Notes: generated by a model from the sequence alone, not told the origin. DNA of 64,000 nt from Eledone cirrhosa (GCA_964016885.1 OZ024740.1:408704001-408768000); one strand, 5' to 3'. Shown: positions 37,956 through 50,825, counted from the stretch's first letter. Translations and numbers: made by a program.

Positions 37956-38363
37956 TGTATAAACATACATGTGTTTGAATTGTAAAGGACCAGGTTCACT
38001 AGGGTGAAAAAATACTAACTATAACAATATGGTTTGCCAGGCATTTTGAGTTTCTAACTCAATATCTAATATATATATATATATATGTGTGTGTGTGAAG
38101 TAAGAATATTTTCGAAACAGCGAGCGAGTTTGAAATTATAAATATAAGCTATCGCCGTATTTTGACTAAAGAAATTAAAGAAATTATTTAGCCTGATAGT
38201 GGGGTTAAGAACCCTCGGAGAAATGGAAAAAGATGAGTATTGACGTACATGTACTTTAGTCAAAATACGGCGATAGCTTATATTTCTAATTTTATAATTA
38301 TATGTATATATATATATATATGTATATATATATGTATATATATATATCACCATTCTTATTATA

Positions 38364-38533
38364 TCGGTAGAGGGTCGGTCGTCATGCTTTCCAGCATAGT
38401 TACGTCCCTTTACGATCTGAGTTCAAATCCCGCCGGGGTCGACTTTGCCTTTCATCCTTACGGGGTCGATAAAATAAAGTACCAGTGATACACTGGGTAA
38501 TTGCTGGCCTTGTGCCTAAAGTAGAAACAATTA
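38364..38533 (+). mobile_element. tRNA-derived SINE family A
   Basis: GAGTTCAAATCCCGCCGGGGTCGACTTTGCCTTTCATCC... Confidence 0.85.
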
Positions 38534-40096
38534 TTTTTATTAACATTATCTGGTTGGTGTTAGGAAGGGCATCCAGCCGTAGAAAACCAGCCAGACAGTC
38601 CTATACAAGCGTGACGACCAATCTTGCCTCAAGTGGGACAATTCCCGTCTAAACCCATGCTAGCGTGGAAGATAGACGTTAAACGATGATGATGATGATG
38701 ATGGTCACACCTACCAACCCACTATGCTTAACATTGCTGAGTGTGTGCCCTCGATTAATGTGACTCAAGTTCTTTTTGCCTGATAATTTTTTTATCAATT
38801 TCCATATGTTATTTTAGTAGTCAGTAGACTTGGAACTGTCAGGCAAGTTGAGGAGAATATTGATTCTTTTGTCTTCTTCCTCGCAATACACTTTTTATAG
38901 ACACTGTTAGTTTGTTTAGATGTCCATAACCTTAGATTGTATGACATTGCAGCGAGCTGCAGTTACTGGTTCTGAGGACAAGATTTTATAATTTTTGGAA
39001 AGGTTTTGCTTCGTGAAAGTTATTTCATAACAGCTCTGACATTTTATAACAACCCAGAAAGGGTTATTTTATAAACAGCTCAGAGAAAGTTATTTTCATT
39101 TCTCATTTGATAACAAATAGCAATGAAATGGAAAGAATCGAGCTTGTTGGCATTGTTTTAGCCAATGACAGTCAGGCAATGAGACTAAATGTGGGATTAA
39201 AGGATTTGACTGTTCTGAATTGTCTGTGAAGGGCTCTGATTGAAAGGTGAGAGAGGTTTCACTGCCTCCTTTCTCATTTCACATCAAGGTTTACTCATGT
39301 AAAGGTTCAGAACAAGAAGTAAGTTACAATGAAACACCAGTGTGTAACTGTGATGTAATGTCATATCTACAGCTTTATGTTACAAACATCTACAATGACT
39401 GAAGCTACAATACATCATTCCCAAATTCCAAAACTCTGTATTAAAGTGAAAGGCGCTAAACCTCACACCAAATTTCAGAGTGGGAGAAATCTTAGACATT
39501 ATCAATATATAATCTATATATTTGAAGAAATTACAAATATTTTTTTATTTCAAGTTACAAAACAATCACATAAGGAAAATAGGAAACTTATAATCCAAAG
39601 ATATGAATACTAAAACCAAATACATTATAAGAAAAAATGGAAAACATGCGACAAGGAGCAAGAACGTTAACTTTTCTGGCCTTGGAACCATAACTCCTGA
39701 TGGAGTCATATGGGTGCTGTCATAATATATGGGGCAACTTGGGTATTTTAAATCTCTCCATGTCTGACTAAAGCTGTTTTAAACATGGAGAAGAAACAGA
39801 GAAAACAGTAGAGTTGGATGAAAAAGAACAACCCTATGACTGGATTGGTATTTTATTTATAAATCCCACAAAAGGATGGAAGACAAATTTGACCACAGCA
39901 GATCTTGAACTCAGAGAATTGGAATGAATTCCACAAAGAATTCTGATGTTCTAACAAAATTCTCCAGGTCTGACAACTGATTTTACCTGAGAATGAGACA
40001 GAGGGAGAAAAATGGAGACAAACAAAAAACAACTCCAGTACTGGACTGATATTTTATTTATCAATCGCAAAAGGATGAAAGGCAGTTGACTTTCAT

Positions 40097-40660
40097 CCCC
40101 CTCCACCTCCACTCTCATCTGCCTTACTGAGCTTGTCCTCACCCTCAACTGTTTTTCCTTTTGGGGTGAGTTTTACCAAGAGGTGACCATGGACACAAGA
40201 ATGGGCTCCAACTATGCCAACCTATTTGTTGGATACATTGATGGCTCAGTTTTTGCCCAATACTCTGGCCCCATCCCCAAGCTATATGGCTGTTATATCA
40301 ACAGCTGTATCAGCATCACTTCACTCACCCAAGAGAAACTTGACTCCTTTCTCTCTTTCCTCTGCTCCCTCCACCCTGCCCTTAACTTCACCACCTCCAT
40401 CTCCATCACCTCTGTCCACGTCCTGGACATATCTGTTTCTGTTGACCCCCTCCTATTGTTCCCTCTTCAGACCCACTAACTCCCACACCTACCTCGACTT
40501 CACCTTATCCCATGCCACTCATACGAAACACTCCATTCCTACTCTCAATTACTCGGCCTTTGCTGCCTGTACAGCTGAACCCATGATTTTGAAACACAGG
40601 CTCAGTACATGGCTAGTCTGTTCACTTGGGAAGGATATTTCAAGCCCAATATGACTACTT
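40097..40660 (+). mobile_element. Degenerate Penelope-like RT fragment
   Basis: PSTSTLICLTELVLTLNCFSF...MDTRMGSNYANLFVG...SLHPALNFT...VLDISV...RPTNSHTYL. Confidence 0.8.
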
Positions 40661-41212
40661 TCACCAACACACCCACTCTCACATATACATAGACACACAT
40701 AGATTCAAAAGAACACACCAACACAACTAACAAATTAGTTACACCAACACAACCATAGATACATAAACACAATTAGTTATACTAATGCTACTAATTAACT
40801 AATTAATTATACTAACGTGAGCGATTAACTATACTAATGTGGCCAATTAAGACAACACCAACACACCTGCTAATTCAATAAACCACCACCACCACCACAC
40901 ACAACAGCTTACCCTCAAAGTGAACCTTGTAACTACCCTACTTCATCAACCAGTGTCACCACACCTTCACCCCTTCATTCTGTGATATACAACACTCCCA
41001 CTTCCATTCTCAGTCTGTCACCCCACTCCTCCTATTTGGCCACTTAAATAGCACAACACTGACTGCTATGGATACTCTCTCCTCATTTGATACACACACA
41101 CATTTGAATAGAGAGTCATATAAGCTTTTGCACACACATGCATACACACACTCACATAGACAAACTAATAACTGCATAAACTCGCCAAAACACATACACT
41201 GATAACACCTAT

Positions 41213-41256
<44 letters not shown>

Positions 41257-41339
41257 ATACATAAGTATACACACACACAAAAATACATGAAAAATTCAGA
41301 CACACATGTAGAAACACAAATCTCTCACTTTCTCTCTCA

Positions 41340-41885
41340 TCTCTCATTTATCCTCATAGCCTGTTGGACCGTTGGAGCGCCACAGATGACCTGACAACCA
41401 GCTCCCTCCATACCTCTCACCTCTCCACCCTCCTCATGGTTGCCCCCAGCTTCATGCCAGTCAATTCCAGGATGTTGTCCTCCCATCGCTTTCTCTGTCT
41501 GCCTCTCTTCCTTCTACTGTTCCCTGCAGGACAGTCTTGGCAAGCCCTGAAGATCTTGTCACGTGCCCGTAACATCTCAATTTGTGTTGTTTTACAATGG
41601 TCAGTAGGCCTTCATAGAGACCGATGGCTTGCAAAATTCTGTTTTGCACCTCCTCATTGGAGATGTGGTCTCTGTAGGTGATGCCAAGGAGCTTTCTGAA
41701 GCATCTCGTCTCCATGGCCTGTATTCTTCTTTCCAGATCTGCTGTTATTGTCCAAGACTCACAGGCATACAAGAATATGGACATGACCAGAAAGCACATC
41801 AGTCTGATCTTTGAACTAAGGGCTATGTTTTTGTCATTCCAGATGGTCTTAAATTTTGTAAATGTTGCTGTGGTCTGGTCAGATC
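41340..41885 (-). mobile_element. RTE/BovB-like LINE 3' end (separate family)
   Basis: IWNDKNIALSSKIRLM...LYACESWT...RIQAMETRCFRKLLGI...YGHVTRSSGLAKTVLQGTVEG. Confidence 0.85.
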
Positions 41886-41984
41886 TGCCCAGACACACAC
41901 ACACACATGCAAAGGAGAAATAATATGAACAACATGCACTCTGTCTCTACACACGTAACAGTACCAATGACACATATTGTCTAT

Positions 41985-42258
41985 ATGCTTCAGCTTTGGC
42001 TTGTACCCATGGGAAGTTGTGTCTTCTGTATTACTGCGTGACGCCAGAGGTCACGGTCGTGTGTCATCGCCCTTGAGAGGTGCAATTGGGTAAGGTCGGC
42101 TTTTATCACCTCATCCCAGGTCTTCTTGGGTCTCTCCACACCACGGCTTCCATCAACTTCTAGTGCTCTGTACCTTTTTATGCAGCTGTCATCCTTCATA
42201 TGCATCACATGTCAATACCAACGCAACCTCCTCTCCTGCACATAGCATTTGATTCCGC
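41985..42258 (-). mobile_element. RTE LINE C-terminal fragment
   Basis: HMKDDSCIKR...VDGSRGVERPKKTWDEVI. Confidence 0.8.
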
Positions 42259-42667
42259 TACATCCATCTTAAATTTTTCCTTTTTTTTTCAACCTTCCAG
42301 TCTTTTTTTTTCCAAGCTCCTCTCTTTCTGAATTTTGCTCTTTCTTGATGAAGGACCTATGTCCAATATGTTGAGACATTAATTTACTTCTTTTTTCCTT
42401 ATCTTCATTCCTAAGCATGAACCTAATAAGACTTTGTGTTTTTGCATCTCTATGTTTACTTCATTTATTCTTAAACTATATATATACTAGGCCACCTGAT
42501 GCCCATTGGGTCATGTTCATTTAAAAATATTTTTTTCAAAATCATGTTCACTTAAATATAAATTTTTGATAATTTAAATATACACAGACATGTATATAAT
42601 GTAAAATGAAATTGGAAGGCCCATATATATATATATATATATGTCTAAAAAAAAGTCTAAAATCTGT

Positions 42668-42920
42668 CTTAAGCCAGAAGGCTTATCCCGATTTCATGGT
42701 GTGAAGCGACTGAGAGTACAAGACTCCCCCCTGGACAGGATGCCAGTCCATCGCCGGGTTAAACCTCCAGCTATTGCTAGCACTCATTTTCAGCTGAGTA
42801 TACTGGAGCAACATGAAATGAAGTGTTTTGCTCAAGAACACAACACGCAGCCCAGGAATCGAACCCACAGCATTATGATCGTAAGTCCAACACTCTTACC
42901 ACTAGGCCACGTGCCTCCAC
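42668..42920 (-). mobile_element. tRNA-derived SINE family B
   Basis: The minus strand reads GGAGGCACGTGGCCTAGTGGTAAGAG (A box)...GGTTCGATTCC (B box)...TTCTTGAGCAAAACACTT. Confidence 0.85.
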
Positions 42921-42931
42921 ATATATATGTG

Positions 42932-44905
42932 TATCATCATCATCATCATCATCATCATCGTTTAACGTCCATATTCCACGCTTGCATAAGTTTAGACGGG
43001 AGTTTTCCCACTTGAGGCAAGATTGGTTGTCTTGCTCGTATAAGACTGTCTGGCGGGTTTTCTATGGCTGGATGCCCTTCCTAACACCAACCAAGTTTAC
43101 AGTGTGGACTGGGAGGTTTTTACCGTGTTACCTACACGGCCACATTACAGCGTGGACTGTGTGTTTTGTTGTCGTGACACCTACACGACCTCATTTGTTT
43201 CGGACTGGATGTTGTGGTACCAACATAACTTCACATTTAAGGGGGTGGTGTGGATGGGGTGGTGGTAGTAGGACGGGGGTGTATTTTGTTAGAGGTGCCT
43301 ACTGACTGTAGGTTTCGCTTTGTACTTAGGCAAGGCGGGTCTTTTGTATAACTGTGTAGCACCAAAGATCTCGGTCCAGTGACATTGTCTTGGAGAGGTG
43401 TAAGTGTGTGAGGTCGGAATTTATCAAGTCGTCCCAGGTTTTTCTGGGTCTACCTACTCCGTGGCTACCGTCTATTTTTATCGCCTGCACTTTTTTATAC
43501 AGCTGTCGTCTTTCATACGCATCACGTGACCGTACCAACGTAGTCTTCTCTCGAGTAAACAACATCTGATCCCTCTTATTCCTAATTTCTCCCTTAGTTC
43601 GTTTATGCTTTGCCGTTCACGTATATTACTATTACACATCCAGCGGAGCATGCAAGCTTCATTTCTCTCCAGTCTGCGTATATCCTCTGCACACAATGCC
43701 CAGGTCTCACTGCCATGTAACATTGCTGTTCGTATGCAGGCATCATACAGCCTGCCTTTCATTTTTAGAGAGAACCCTTTAGCGGCCAATAGTATAAGCT
43801 CTCTGAACTTTTTCCATCCCGTTCTGACTCTAGCTACTGTACTTTCAGAGCACCCTCCCCCACTGCTGATTTTGTCACCTAGGTAACGGAAGGTGTCCAC
43901 TATTTCTATAGAACCATCTGTGCAATGGAATGAGCTAGTATTCTGTGGGCACTTGCTGCTACTTATTGCACCAGAGCACCGGCCACATATAAAATCTATA
44001 TTCTTAGTTAGCTTACTTGTGATCCCACTACATCTTTTATGCACCCATACTTTGCATTTGGGACATAAAATGGAGTTTCTGCCTACTCCTTTCCTACACA
44101 CTGAGCATGGCCATTTCCCAGATGGGACCGGTGCCCTATTTTCCTTCCTACAAACTAGAACTTTAGTCTTAGACAAGTTAACTTTAAGGCCTTTTGATTC
44201 TAGGCCATGCTTCCATGTTTGGAATTTCTTCTCTAGTTCAGCCATTGATTCAGCTATGAGCGTTAGATCATCTGCATATAGGAGTTCCCATGGGCAGCCG
44301 GTCTTGAATTCCTCTGTTATAGCCTGAAGGGCAATAATAAATAGTAGGGGGCTAAGAACAGAGCCCTGATGAACACCAACTTTTACGCTAAACTCTTCAC
44401 TATATTCGTGGTTAATTCTAACCTTGCTGACTGTTTCTTTATACATGGCTTGTATAGCTCTCACAAGCCATTCATCAACACCTAGTTTTCTAAGAGCCCA
44501 CCAGATAATGGAGCGGGGGACTCTGTCAAAGGCTTTCTCCAAGTCAACAAAAGCTAAGTATAGGGGTTTACTTTTAGCTAGGTACTTCTCCTCTAGTTGT
44601 CGTACAATGAAAAGAGCGTCTGTGGTACTTTTACCTGACACAAACCCGAACTGCATTTCATCTAGATCAATTCGCTCTCTGATTAGTTGCGCTATTACTT
44701 TTTCTGTGACCTTCATGACCTGGTCGATTAATTTAATGCTTCTATAGTTACCCCTATCTAGGGCATCTCCTTTACCCTTGTAGCAGTTAATGATGATGTT
44801 GCTACGCCAGTCCTTCGGAACGACCCCATTCTGTATGACTTGGTTTACTATCCGGGTGACCATAGTGTCCCACCATTCCAGATGCTTTCAGCATTTCAGC
44901 AACTG
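42932..44905 (-). mobile_element. 5'-truncated RTE-clade LINE with 3' UTR and (GAT)n tail
   Basis: The RT ORF is followed by a ~400-bp UTR ending GGACGTTAAACGATGATGATG. Confidence 0.93.
43478..44863 (-). CDS. RTE reverse transcriptase with an internal PHD-like zinc finger (partial; 1-bp deletion near the C-terminus)
   Basis: Motifs include NYRSIKL, QFGF, FVDLEKAFDRVP, GVHQGSVLSPLLF and LLYADD. The insert is CSVC...CPKCKVWVHKRC...FICGRC. Confidence 0.9.
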   Translation of the reverse strand: MVTRIVNQVIQNGVVPKDWRSNIIINCYKGKGDALDRGNYRSIKLIDQVMKVTEKVIAQLIRERIDLDEMQFGFVSGKSTTDALFIVRQLEEKYLAKSKPLYLAFVDLEKAFDRVPRSIIWWALRKLGVDEWLVRAIQAMYKETVSKVRINHEYSEEFSVKVGVHQGSVLSPLLFIIALQAITEEFKTGCPWELLYADDLTLIAESMAELEKKFQTWKHGLESKGLKVNLSKTKVLVCRKENRAPVPSGKWPCSVCRKGVGRNSILCPKCKVWVHKRCSGITSKLTKNIDFICGRCSGAISSSKCPQNTSSFHCTDGSIEIVDTFRYLGDKISSGGGCSESTVARVRTGWKKFRELILLAAKGFSLKMKGRLYDACIRTAMLHGSETWALCAEDIRRLERNEACMLRWMCNSNIRERQSINELREKLGIRGIRCCLLERRLRWYGHVMRMKDDSCIKKCRR

Positions 44906-44944
44906 TAAGTGTGTGAATATATATGTGTGTCTCTCTTCCATTCT

Positions 44945-45025
<81 letters not shown>

Positions 45026-45283
45026 TCTCTTTCAATCTACTCTCTCACAACCACTATCTCTTTCTCTCTGTCTTTCTCTCTCTCTATTTAAGAAGGTACC
45101 CGGAAAAACCCTGTATCTCAGGAACCCATGCTCCAATTTATGCAAAACTTATTTTATTCCATTTGTATTCCCATTTCAGGGGCAACTTCCTTTCAAAGTA
45201 TTTTCCCATTATACACCGTTTTGGCTGTATTAAATTACAGACAAGCACACAATCACAGAATTTTAGTAGTATATAGATATATA

Positions 45284-46190
45284 CTAGCTGAGTAGCCCTT
45301 CGATGTTGGGCAATAATCGCAATAGTACTCCTTTATTTCAAATTCTTTTTTTATTCTATATCAGACCAGCTCACCTGAAGGATAGTACTTTTGAAGAGGA
45401 CATACAATATAAAGCTGACCATGGGTGAAGCAGGGCTCTTCAACGTGTAAACTGGCAACTGAAAATGTTTGTTCTTGTGATTTGGTGATGGTCATGGCTA
45501 ACTGGAAATTGAAGTTCTTTGAATTGAGATGGGACATTAGTGGGGTAAGAGGAATTCTTGGAACGAAGACATCCTCTCTCCTACCACATCCTGTTAAAAT
45601 GGTGGCTTGAATCACGTGTGGATGCCTAGCCTTGGTGGGTCAAAATCCCTCAATAACATGATGGATGTTCCTTCTTTAAGGTGAAGGACATGTGGAGACA
45701 TTCCTGGTGGTTCTAATGAGTTGAGAAACTCTGTCAGTAATTGACAGCTTCTGACTGTTTCACCAATGTCGACAGATCAATAGAGCTTCAAAACCTCTGG
45801 AATTCTTTTTAACAGCTCTTGATTTACCAATTTCAGTCACATTTTTCAGGGCCAATATAGTCCTTTCACTGAGTCACTTGTGACTTGCAAACTGATATTC
45901 AAGATTAGGGAACATATTTTCTATGAGATAGAATAATGATTCCACCATCATGCCTATGGGACTTATGTCAATAGGTCCCTTTCTATCTTTAGGAAGTCTT
46001 CTATCTCCAAGCATTTATAGATTCTGGGCAAACTGCTCTGATAATTCGTCTCTACCAAGATATGCCCTCGTGTTTGTAACAAGCTTCAAAACTTTCATAG
46101 AAGTCCAAAGTGTCGATTTTTTAAACAGGCTTAGATTTTATCAATCCTATTGCCTTTTGGAATGACTGGGATAGCTTGTCTAAAATCTCT
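45284..46190 (-). mobile_element. Helitron 3' fragment with degenerate PIF1 helicase
   Basis: It contains EFLNSLEPPGMSPHVLHLKEG, IQATILTG..REDVFVPRIPL, AMTITKSQEQT and CFTHGQLYI. A 3' hairpin GCCC..GGGC (45295-45311) precedes CTAG (45284-45287). Confidence 0.85.
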
Positions 46191-46819
46191 TACTACTATT
46201 ACTACTACTACTACTATTCATATCTCATAACAATTACATTTTTTGATAACTAATGACCCTAAAACATTCTCCTTGGCATACAGATTTCGAAACTGAAAAC
46301 CATTTTTCTCTAGGATGCACCGTTTCAGAGCATTTGAGAGACATACACATATAGATTCTCATCTATATGTATTGTAGTATTGTGTATATATAGTGTATAT
46401 ATATTTTTTTTTCTTCTTCTTCTTCTTCTTCTTCTTCTTCTTCTTCTTCTTCTTCTTCCTGAGAGGGTCGTGGGAGCAGAGTCCTCAAACAATCCTCTCA
46501 GTGGGTCCTGTCAGAATCAACCATCTCCAACTGATCCAGCTGGATCCTCAAGCGAGACCAGCCAAGCTCATGGATGTTATCCAACCATCTTGCTTGGGGG
46601 GGGGGGGTCTACCCCTGGGTCTCCTGCCGGTTGGTTCATTACATACAATGATATCTATCATACATTGAAACATTGATTTGTGTCTCACAAGTGTACTTAG
46701 AGCTCTGAGACAATATCTAAATATATCCTAACAATAAAATACACACACACAAACACACACACACACACATGCACATACACACATTATCATGTATTTTTCA
46801 AGATACTTGTACATAATGG

Positions 46820-47541
46820 TTTCTGATTTAGGCACAAGGCCAACAATTTTGGGGGAGGGGAAAGTTGATTAAATCGACCCCAGTGTATTACTGGTACTTT
46901 ATTTTATTGACCCCATAAGGATGAGAGGAAAAGCTAACTTGGTGGGATTTGAACCCAGAACGTAAAGGGCCATAACTCTATGCTGCAAAGCATGGTGTCT
47001 GACGGTCTACCGATACTGGGAAGCTGTTCTTTGCTCATGTGTGAAGACAAAGAGAAAGAAGATGAAACTTAAAGATAATAGAGAGGGATATATTCTCTCC
47101 TGCAGTGTCGGTAAGGTGGTGGATTGTCAGTATTGGTAGAGGGTTGGACGCCATACTTTCTAGCAGAGTTACGTCCCTTTACGGTCTGAGTTCAAATCCT
47201 GTCGAGGTTAACTTTGCCTTTCATCCTTACGGGGTCGATAAAATAAAGTACCAGTAATGCACTGGTTAATTGCTGGCCTTGTGCCTAAAGTTGAAACAAT
47301 TATTTTCCTTCCTCAAGGGCGGTAGATTGGCAATATTGGTAGAGAGTCAGACGCCATGCTTTGCAGCATAGAGTTATGGCCCTTTTTGTTCTGAATTCAA
47401 ATCCCACTGGGGTTAGCTTTGCCTTTCATCCTTATGGGGGTTGATAAAATAAAGCACCAGTAACGCACTGGGGTCGATTTAATCAACTTTCCCCTCCCCC
47501 TTCAAATTGCTGGCCTTGTGCCTATTGTAGAAATCATTATT
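46820..47541. mobile_element. Cluster of three family A SINEs (46820-47018 -, 47113-47305 +, 47316-47541 +)
   Basis: Each matches 1826-2012. The first is inverted relative to the other two. Confidence 0.85.
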
Positions 47542-47807
47542 TTCCTTCCTCCCCTCCCTTCCACACATTCTACCTTTTCTTCTATATTACACATATAAAT
47601 CTATTTACAATTGTATATTTTTTATCATCTACCTCCCTTCCTCTCGCTTTTCTGCTGTTGACAACAATCCTGTTGACAGGTTAGTTGGTAAACAATGTCT
47701 ATCTCTTTATATATCATGTGTTGTTATATTGCTTAAGTAAATCACAGTATCTATATGATGACTAATATATCATTGATTAGAAGGAATGAAATATTGAAGA
47801 CAGCAAT

Positions 47808-47840
<33 letters not shown>

Positions 47841-47974
47841 AAGAAGAAGAAGAAGAAGAAGAAGAAGATTTTTTTTTTTTTTAATTAACTGGCACACTGA
47901 ATTTATTTGCCCTAGGTGTCACGCAGCATATATCTCAGAAACAATAATGAAAGAAAATAAAAATGATAATAATA

Positions 47975-49771
47975 ATAATAATAATAATAATGCTTTCTTT
48001 ATTAACCACAAGGGTTTACATAAAGTAGACATTAAGGACAGTACAGGACAATACAGGACGGTACAAAAGGGCATTTCTGCGTGTAAAAAACAAGAAACAG
48101 AGGATGTAATAATAGAACAATGATAATAATAATACTAATGATTTCTTTATTGGCCACAAGGGCTGACATCAAGAAAAACATTACAGACGTCACAGGACGG
48201 TACAATGTGGGTTTTGTGCGTGTAAATATTTTTATTATTTATATAAGAAAAGATAAAAAAGGACATAGAAACATATATATATATATATATATATAAACAA
48301 TAAAAATGAAAATTGAAACAATGAAAAATTCCCCAATAGGGGGAAACCTCCGAGGGTTACTCATGGCGAAAACCACACAAAAGACCACAGCCACCCTGAC
48401 CACCAGGGCAAGCGCCCTCTCTCAATTTTTCCATTTCTCAAACTACAGACGTATATTCAGAGTGGTCCCGTTCACTCAGACCATTCTCGCTACATTCACC
48501 CACCTTTCAACAAACTTGCTAGAAGGCAGCACTTGCCTCTCCACCCTGATTTTCCTCTTCAAGTGAAACTTGAAAAAGTTAATTAGGGATTCGCCGAAGA
48601 GGAAAGTGTCTGTCTTTAACCCTTTTAACCTTGTCCACCACACAATCTCTTTCGCCATGGCCACCAGGCAGATGAAAACCGCCTGCCCTTCCTCCTCGAA
48701 GGAAGACAGCGAGACCATCTGCACAATGGTCTCAGTCGATAACCGGATCAGTCCCACACGCGACAGCAACTGTTCGACATAGCTCCACAAGTCAGCAATG
48801 CTCGGGCACTGAACGAGTGCGTGCACGACGGTTTCGTCGCTCTGCGCGCATCTCGGACAGGCTCGGCTGACGGCACTTCCGTGCCTGTAGAGCTTATCTC
48901 GAACCGGCAGCGCTCCCCGGTAGCACTGCCAGGCCAGGGATTTTTGGAAGTTATCCATAGGCCCTGGGCTGAAAGTTCTCCGGAAGAGAACAAACAGCTG
49001 ATCTTCTTCGACGCCCAGGATCTCTCTGAGAATGTCGTCGCTCTTCCCCTCCATTAGTCCTCTATAGAACGCTGAGGTGGATGTTCCACCGATACTGGTG
49101 CCCAGCTGGCAGAGGGCAGTGAGCGCCTGGAGACATTCCATTTTCCAAGCGCTATCCCTCGGTCTTTTTCTGACCCAGGACTGCAGCTCCGTCAAAGAGA
49201 CGAGCTGTGGGAAAACGTGCCTGGCGAACGGCGACCACACCCGTTCACCATCAAGGAAGCACCAGAGATGTCGCAGCCTCAGCGCATGTTTGCGCATCAT
49301 CAGCCATGGCATGCCCAGTCCTCCACGCAACGGGTGTTGACAGTAGATGGATCGTCTGAACATCGGAGCGCGTACCTTCCACAAAAAGCGGAAGAGGAAG
49401 CGCTCCATTTTGGTGAGAGTTGGACCGGGAGAAGGGACGACGGTGAGGTGGTAGCAGATGACGGATGCGATGTACGCATTCGCCAGCTCCGCCCGGCCTT
49501 TCAGGGACAGCTTCCTCTCGGCCCATTTCTGGGTGAGGGAGGCCACCCTGCTCGTCACCTCGTTCCAGTTTTTCTCCATCTGAAGGTCCGGTCCAAACCA
49601 GACCCCGAGCAATTTAACCGGTCCGTCCATCTAACGCCCCACGACGCTGTCGGACGGCATGGACTTGCCTCTCCAGGTGCTGAGCTGCAAGCCCACCGAC
49701 TTTTCCTGGTTTATCTTTGCTCCTGTCACCGCTTCATATTCCTTGAGAGCGGTGCCGAGCATCTGGACGTG
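47975..49771 (-). mobile_element. 5'-truncated Tx1/L1-clade LINE with a duplicated 3' tail in (AAT)n
   Basis: ORF 48476-49630 has PVKLLGVWFG, WAERKLSLKGRA, GGLGMP and the zf-RVT CPRC..ETVVHALVQC. Two 3' tails lie at about 47990 and 48135. Confidence 0.88.
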
Positions 49772-50400
49772 TCTGGTCAAAGGTGAAGACAAGTGGTACA
49801 ATCATCACCCTGAGGCTGTAACTGATGGAGAAAATGTAACAATTCTCTGGGACTTTCCTGTACATACAGACAGGACCATAAAAGCAAATAGACCTGACAT
49901 CATTATAAAAGACCAACATAACAAGGTCTGTTTGTTGATAGATATGAGCATCCCATGTGATCACAATATCGCGGCAAAAGAATTTGACAAGATACAAAAA
50001 TATAAAGATCTGCTTATTGAAATTGAGAAAATGTGGCACCTCAAGGCCGTTACAATACCAGTGATTGTGGGAGGACTGGGAATGATCAAGAAAGGAACAG
50101 AACAATATTTGCGAATGATTCCTGGTTTACCCTCTCTGCACGAGGTGCAAAAAATTGTTTTGACTGGTACTGCACACGTATTGAGAAGAGCACTATCTCT
50201 GTAAGATTGATATCCCTCCTTGTATTTACATATGCATATGCACATGTGTATATATGTATACTGTTTTTTTTTTTAAATTATAATCAATGTGCTGTATTAA
50301 CTGGCTTACCAATGCACACTGTGAATTTATTTGCCCTAGGTGTCAGGAAGACACTCGGCATATATCTCAGAAAATAAAAATAATAATAATAATAATAATT
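49772..50400 (+). mobile_element. R4/Dong-like non-LTR retrotransposon 3' end (restriction-like endonuclease) with (TAA)n tail
   Basis: KWYNHHPEAV...ILWDFPVHTDRTIKANRPDIII...LIDMSIP...KEFDKIQKYKDL. A second tail copy lies at about 47886-47990. Confidence 0.85.
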
Positions 50401-50578
50401 ATGCAGGTTAAAGAAAACTGAGATTCAAATGCCTTTATAGAACATTAAAATCTCCTTCTTCAATCAAAATATCAAATTCAACATTTTTGGCTATAGACCC
50501 TGTCATTTTTTATGGGTACTATGCTAATATTTATATCATCATCATCATCAGCATCAGCATCATCTTCATCATCATTAC

Positions 50579-50615
<37 letters not shown>

Positions 50616-50825
50616 GTCATTATCATCATCATCATTAATCATTCTTAGTCGTTATCTGTTCATTGCAATGTCAAGGCTTACCCAAGCTGGTGCTAATTGT
50701 CCATATTCTGTACCTCCCTCATCTATTGAACTTATTGAACTCATCTTTTTATCTTATCCTCTGTCTTCTTCAGTTCTATCTTGACCTTCAACCAGTTTAT
50801 GGCTTTGTCCATCTGTTGTCATTTT

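Noticed and set aside
42336-42378. Hammerhead remnant TTGATGA-AGGAC..GTCC-AATATGTT, possibly the tail of the 40097 PLE
   Set aside because: Several core positions are mutated, so it is too degenerate to call.
42668-42920. tRNA gene
   Set aside because: The A/B boxes are followed by a SINE body, no full cloverleaf forms, and there are multiple diverged copies.
49659-50204. Novel 181-aa protein
   Set aside because: It is a chimera of antisense Tx1 sequence and an R4/Dong-like endonuclease fragment.
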